Origin: Candidatus Dojkabacteria bacterium
Lineage (GTDB): Bacteria > Patescibacteriota > Dojkabacteria > B142 > OLB20
Assembly: GCA_035444565.1 (NCBI GenBank)
Contig: DAOMOX010000002.1
Location: forward strand, 105,335 to 169,334
Length of the DNA: 64,000 bases
Reading direction: 5' to 3'
The position numbers and the translations under genes were made by a program. This document shows, in pieces, positions 61,610-64,000 of this stretch (within the stretch, counting starts at the first letter, position 1; the number at the start of each line of letters is the position of its first letter). The notes under the pieces were generated by a model. That model was given only the letters and a program-made list of their open reading frames with translations, did no database searches and had not been told where the DNA came from.

Positions 61610-62668
61610 ATGAATGATAATAAAATGAATATTAATAGCCTCTTGGAGGAATTTGTGTCTTCAAATCTTTCACCAACAGAGAGTGAGCGAAAAGAAGTTA
61701 GTGCAAAGTATGATGAGTTATCATCAATTTTGAAGGGGCGAAATTTCATATCAGGCTCTTATGGACGATTTACATCCATCACTCCTTTGCATGATGTTGA
61801 TGTGATATGGGAATTACCAGAAGAAACAGTTACAAACAATATTCGTAAATCTATTTCTTTAAAAGTAAGTCCAGATGAGCTTGATGTTAAAAATATACTT
61901 GAGAGTCTTGCAAAAAGGCTACGTGAGGAATATGAAAAGTTTGGTGTCAAGGTGAACGTACTTTCCGAAACACACTCTGTGACTATTGAATTTCTGAACA
62001 GCTCTCATGAGTTTACAATAGATGTTGTTCCTGCAGTGCCTATTACAGAAAAAAATGAATTTGGGTTACCATTGTATATTGTTCCCGAAATTATAAAAGA
62101 CTCGCACAGAGTGAGAAAAGATAAATACTCAAGTAAAGAACCGATTATATGGATTAAAACCGATCCCGAAGGATACATAGAGGAGGCAAGTAAAGCTAAC
62201 GAAGAGAATCAGTCATTTAGAAAATCCGTAAAATTCTTAAAGGGATGGAGAAGAAAATCGAAAGAGGGAGAAGATAACTTTAAACTTAAATCATTCCATA
62301 TAGAACAATATGTCCTGCACTTTCTTCGCGAGAATCACCAGAAAAACACATGGGAAGTAGTTACTACTTTTTTTGATGAAGTTGAACAGATTATTTCAAG
62401 TCCACAAATCCCAGATAGAGCTAATGATACAATATTCATTGATGCCTACATTTCTGAATTAACGGAAGAGGAAACTAGGTTAATTTTGACAAACGCACAG
62501 TTAGCTACAAATCTTCTCAATAAAATCGAACAGGCACAATCTGAGTCGGAAGTGAAGGAATACCTACAGGAAATCTCGCTTATTCAAAAAACTAATAAAA
62601 ATACTATTTATCCAATCACCAAAGATCATGCACCAACAAAACCATGGTATTCAGGTGATTTCAGATAA
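61610..62668 (+). CDS. cGAS/DncV-like nucleotidyltransferase (CD-NTase/SMODS)
   Basis: SGSYGRFT..DVDV, IDVVPA, KTDP, KFLKGW, KSFHIE, C-terminal PTKPWYSGDFR. Confidence 0.88.
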   Translation: MNDNKMNINSLLEEFVSSNLSPTESERKEVSAKYDELSSILKGRNFISGSYGRFTSITPLHDVDVIWELPEETVTNNIRKSISLKVSPDELDVKNILESLAKRLREEYEKFGVKVNVLSETHSVTIEFLNSSHEFTIDVVPAVPITEKNEFGLPLYIVPEIIKDSHRVRKDKYSSKEPIIWIKTDPEGYIEEASKANEENQSFRKSVKFLKGWRRKSKEGEDNFKLKSFHIEQYVLHFLRENHQKNTWEVVTTFFDEVEQIISSPQIPDRANDTIFIDAYISELTEEETRLILTNAQLATNLLNKIEQAQSESEVKEYLQEISLIQKTNKNTIYPITKDHAPTKPWYSGDFR

Positions 62669-63383
62669 ATCGCAAATTCTCGAATACTTAGAATTAGCAC
62701 AACCAAACCTCAAGCTAGAATCTAGTAGTTTGATAAAAGGTAGATTGGTGTTTGCAATGAGAGAAGTTGAAAGAGGTTATGAACTACTCAATCCTTCTAT
62801 ACATTATGATGATCCACGCATTATCCAAGATGAATATTTTATTTCAATAGAGTGGAATATCATTAACAAGCCCTACCCCGTAGTAAAGGAAGATGGAAAT
62901 AGGATTTGTGATTCATTTAAGTGGCTATCAAAAAAGGTTACTTGGATAAGCCACTTAAGAGATCTACATCTTTACGAGGAAGATAACAGTCTATGTCTTT
63001 GCACTAATACAGAATACGAAATACGCTATCCAGATGGTATAAAAATAAACGAACTTGTTGAAGAGCTAATTATTCCGTTTTTTTATTATCAATCCTATCT
63101 CCAGAGAAACCTAAAAGAACCATATTCAGGTAGAGGTCATGGTGTATTAGGTATTTTGGAATACTTAGAAGAGAATAGGCAAATTCCACAATTAGACAGA
63201 ATTACGTTTGAGATATTGCAGAGAGAATATCCTCAGATATTTAATTCAATTAGAGTGAAGAAACCATCTAGTAGTCGAACGTGCATATGTGGCAGTAATC
63301 GAAAGGGAAAGAAATGTCATTGGTCTGCAACAAGAGGTGCTAAACTGCTCTATGAATATATACAAGATGCTAATCCCTCATGA
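62628..63383 (+). CDS. prokaryotic E2-like protein with C-terminal SEC-C motif (CBASS accessory)
   Basis: YPVV, HLY..SLCLC, LIIPFFYYQ, GRGHG, CICGS..KKCH; alternative GTG start at 62655. Confidence 0.7.
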   Translation: MHQQNHGIQVISDKSQILEYLELAQPNLKLESSSLIKGRLVFAMREVERGYELLNPSIHYDDPRIIQDEYFISIEWNIINKPYPVVKEDGNRICDSFKWLSKKVTWISHLRDLHLYEEDNSLCLCTNTEYEIRYPDGIKINELVEELIIPFFYYQSYLQRNLKEPYSGRGHGVLGILEYLEENRQIPQLDRITFEILQREYPQIFNSIRVKKPSSSRTCICGSNRKGKKCHWSATRGAKLLYEYIQDANPS

Positions 63384-63675
63384 CGTTCTTGATTTAAGAA
63401 TTTCCTTAATTGCAATAACCATTATTTGGAATGGCAACAAAATCAACCCCATCAAACAGCCATAATTTCTAAACCCCGAATTATAATAAACACTCGCCCC
63501 TTTTCCTCTTTTATAAATCATAACAATCGCCCTAACAACTTAAATCTAAAGTTGGAAGCTCAGATAAGAACTTCCACTTATACTCAAACTCCTTTAAACA
63601 TGAGATAATCGTATCAATAAAGGGAAGGAGTCGTTCGTACATAGTACGATCGCCCCGAAAACTTATTCGAATTTT

Positions 63676-64000
63676 ATGAATACAAACCCACACGCTAAAA
63701 GGATTTTATGTTACGGGGATTCATATACTTGGGGATACATCCCAAGTTCTAATCATGAACGATATCCAGCTAATGTTCGATTGACAGGAGTTCTTCAAGA
63801 ACTTCTTGGAGCAAACTTTGAAATTATCGAAGAAGGTTTAAATTCCAGGACTCTTATAAGTGATGATTCAAGACCAGGGAAAGAAGGTAGGAATGGTTCT
63901 ACTTATCTAATTCCGTGTCTGGACACACACGATCCTATCGATTTAGTAATACTATTACTTGGCACGAATGAGCTAAAGGACGAATATAACTCAAAAGAAA
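63676..64000 (+). CDS. SGNH/GDSL hydrolase (N-terminal part; runs off window end)
   Basis: Manual translation RILCYGDSYTWG..IEEGLNSRT..LLLGTNE. Confidence 0.9.
   Translation, partial: MNTNPHAKRILCYGDSYTWGYIPSSNHERYPANVRLTGVLQELLGANFEIIEEGLNSRTLISDDSRPGKEGRNGSTYLIPCLDTHDPIDLVILLLGTNELKDEYNSKE

Larger units (their letters stand above)
48294..63383. mobile_element. defence island at tRNA-Pro(CGG), probably a decayed integrative element
   Basis: Contiguous RM, RloC-like, GmrSD and CBASS genes directly 3' of a tRNA; right att site not found. Confidence 0.55.

Noticed and set aside
3339-61950. Many short antisense or alternate-frame ORFs inside long genes (e.g. 3339, 5902, 12944, 26518, 33909, 50190, 56681, 61759)
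   Set aside because: Shadow ORFs of well-supported genes with no motifs
63625-63660. Hairpin ending TCGCCCCGA as a possible right att site
   Set aside because: Does not match the tRNA-Pro(CGG) 3' end (TATCCCGACCA); similarity too short

Overview
AT-rich bacterial chromosomal window using the standard genetic code. Gene content and repeat style suggest a CPR/Patescibacteria-type genome (inference only). 1-14 kb is housekeeping and carbon storage: thrS with a compact T-box-like leader, a GT4/GH57/debranching/GH15 glucan cluster, gapN, sortase, glucan phosphorylase and ung. 14-24 kb is a patchwork of small genes and orphans separated by degenerate octamer repeats and REP-like palindromes. 24.6-38 kb is defence island 1: a type I RM operon reading hsdM, AbiE toxin-antitoxin, small membrane protein, hsdS, an Abi/UG-like reverse transcriptase, hsdR and a DCD-domain gene, with PD-(D/E)XK, Mrr and HEPN-like genes upstream. 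47.1-48.3 kb is a tRNA cluster (Pro-GGG, Cys-GCA, Leu-TAA, Pro-CGG). It is surrounded by six duplicated tRNA halves, each carrying a related palindromic insert in the T- or D-loop, and tRNA-Pro(CGG) itself has a D-loop insertion. 48.3-63.4 kb is defence island 2 at the tRNA-Pro 3' end: recombinase remnant, XRE controller, type I RM with an embedded RloC-like ATPase, DUF2130, GmrSD-AlbA fusion, LexA-like repressor, and a CBASS-like operon (CD-NTase plus E2/SEC-C) with an unrecognised candidate membrane effector. All family calls come from motif reading, not database searches.
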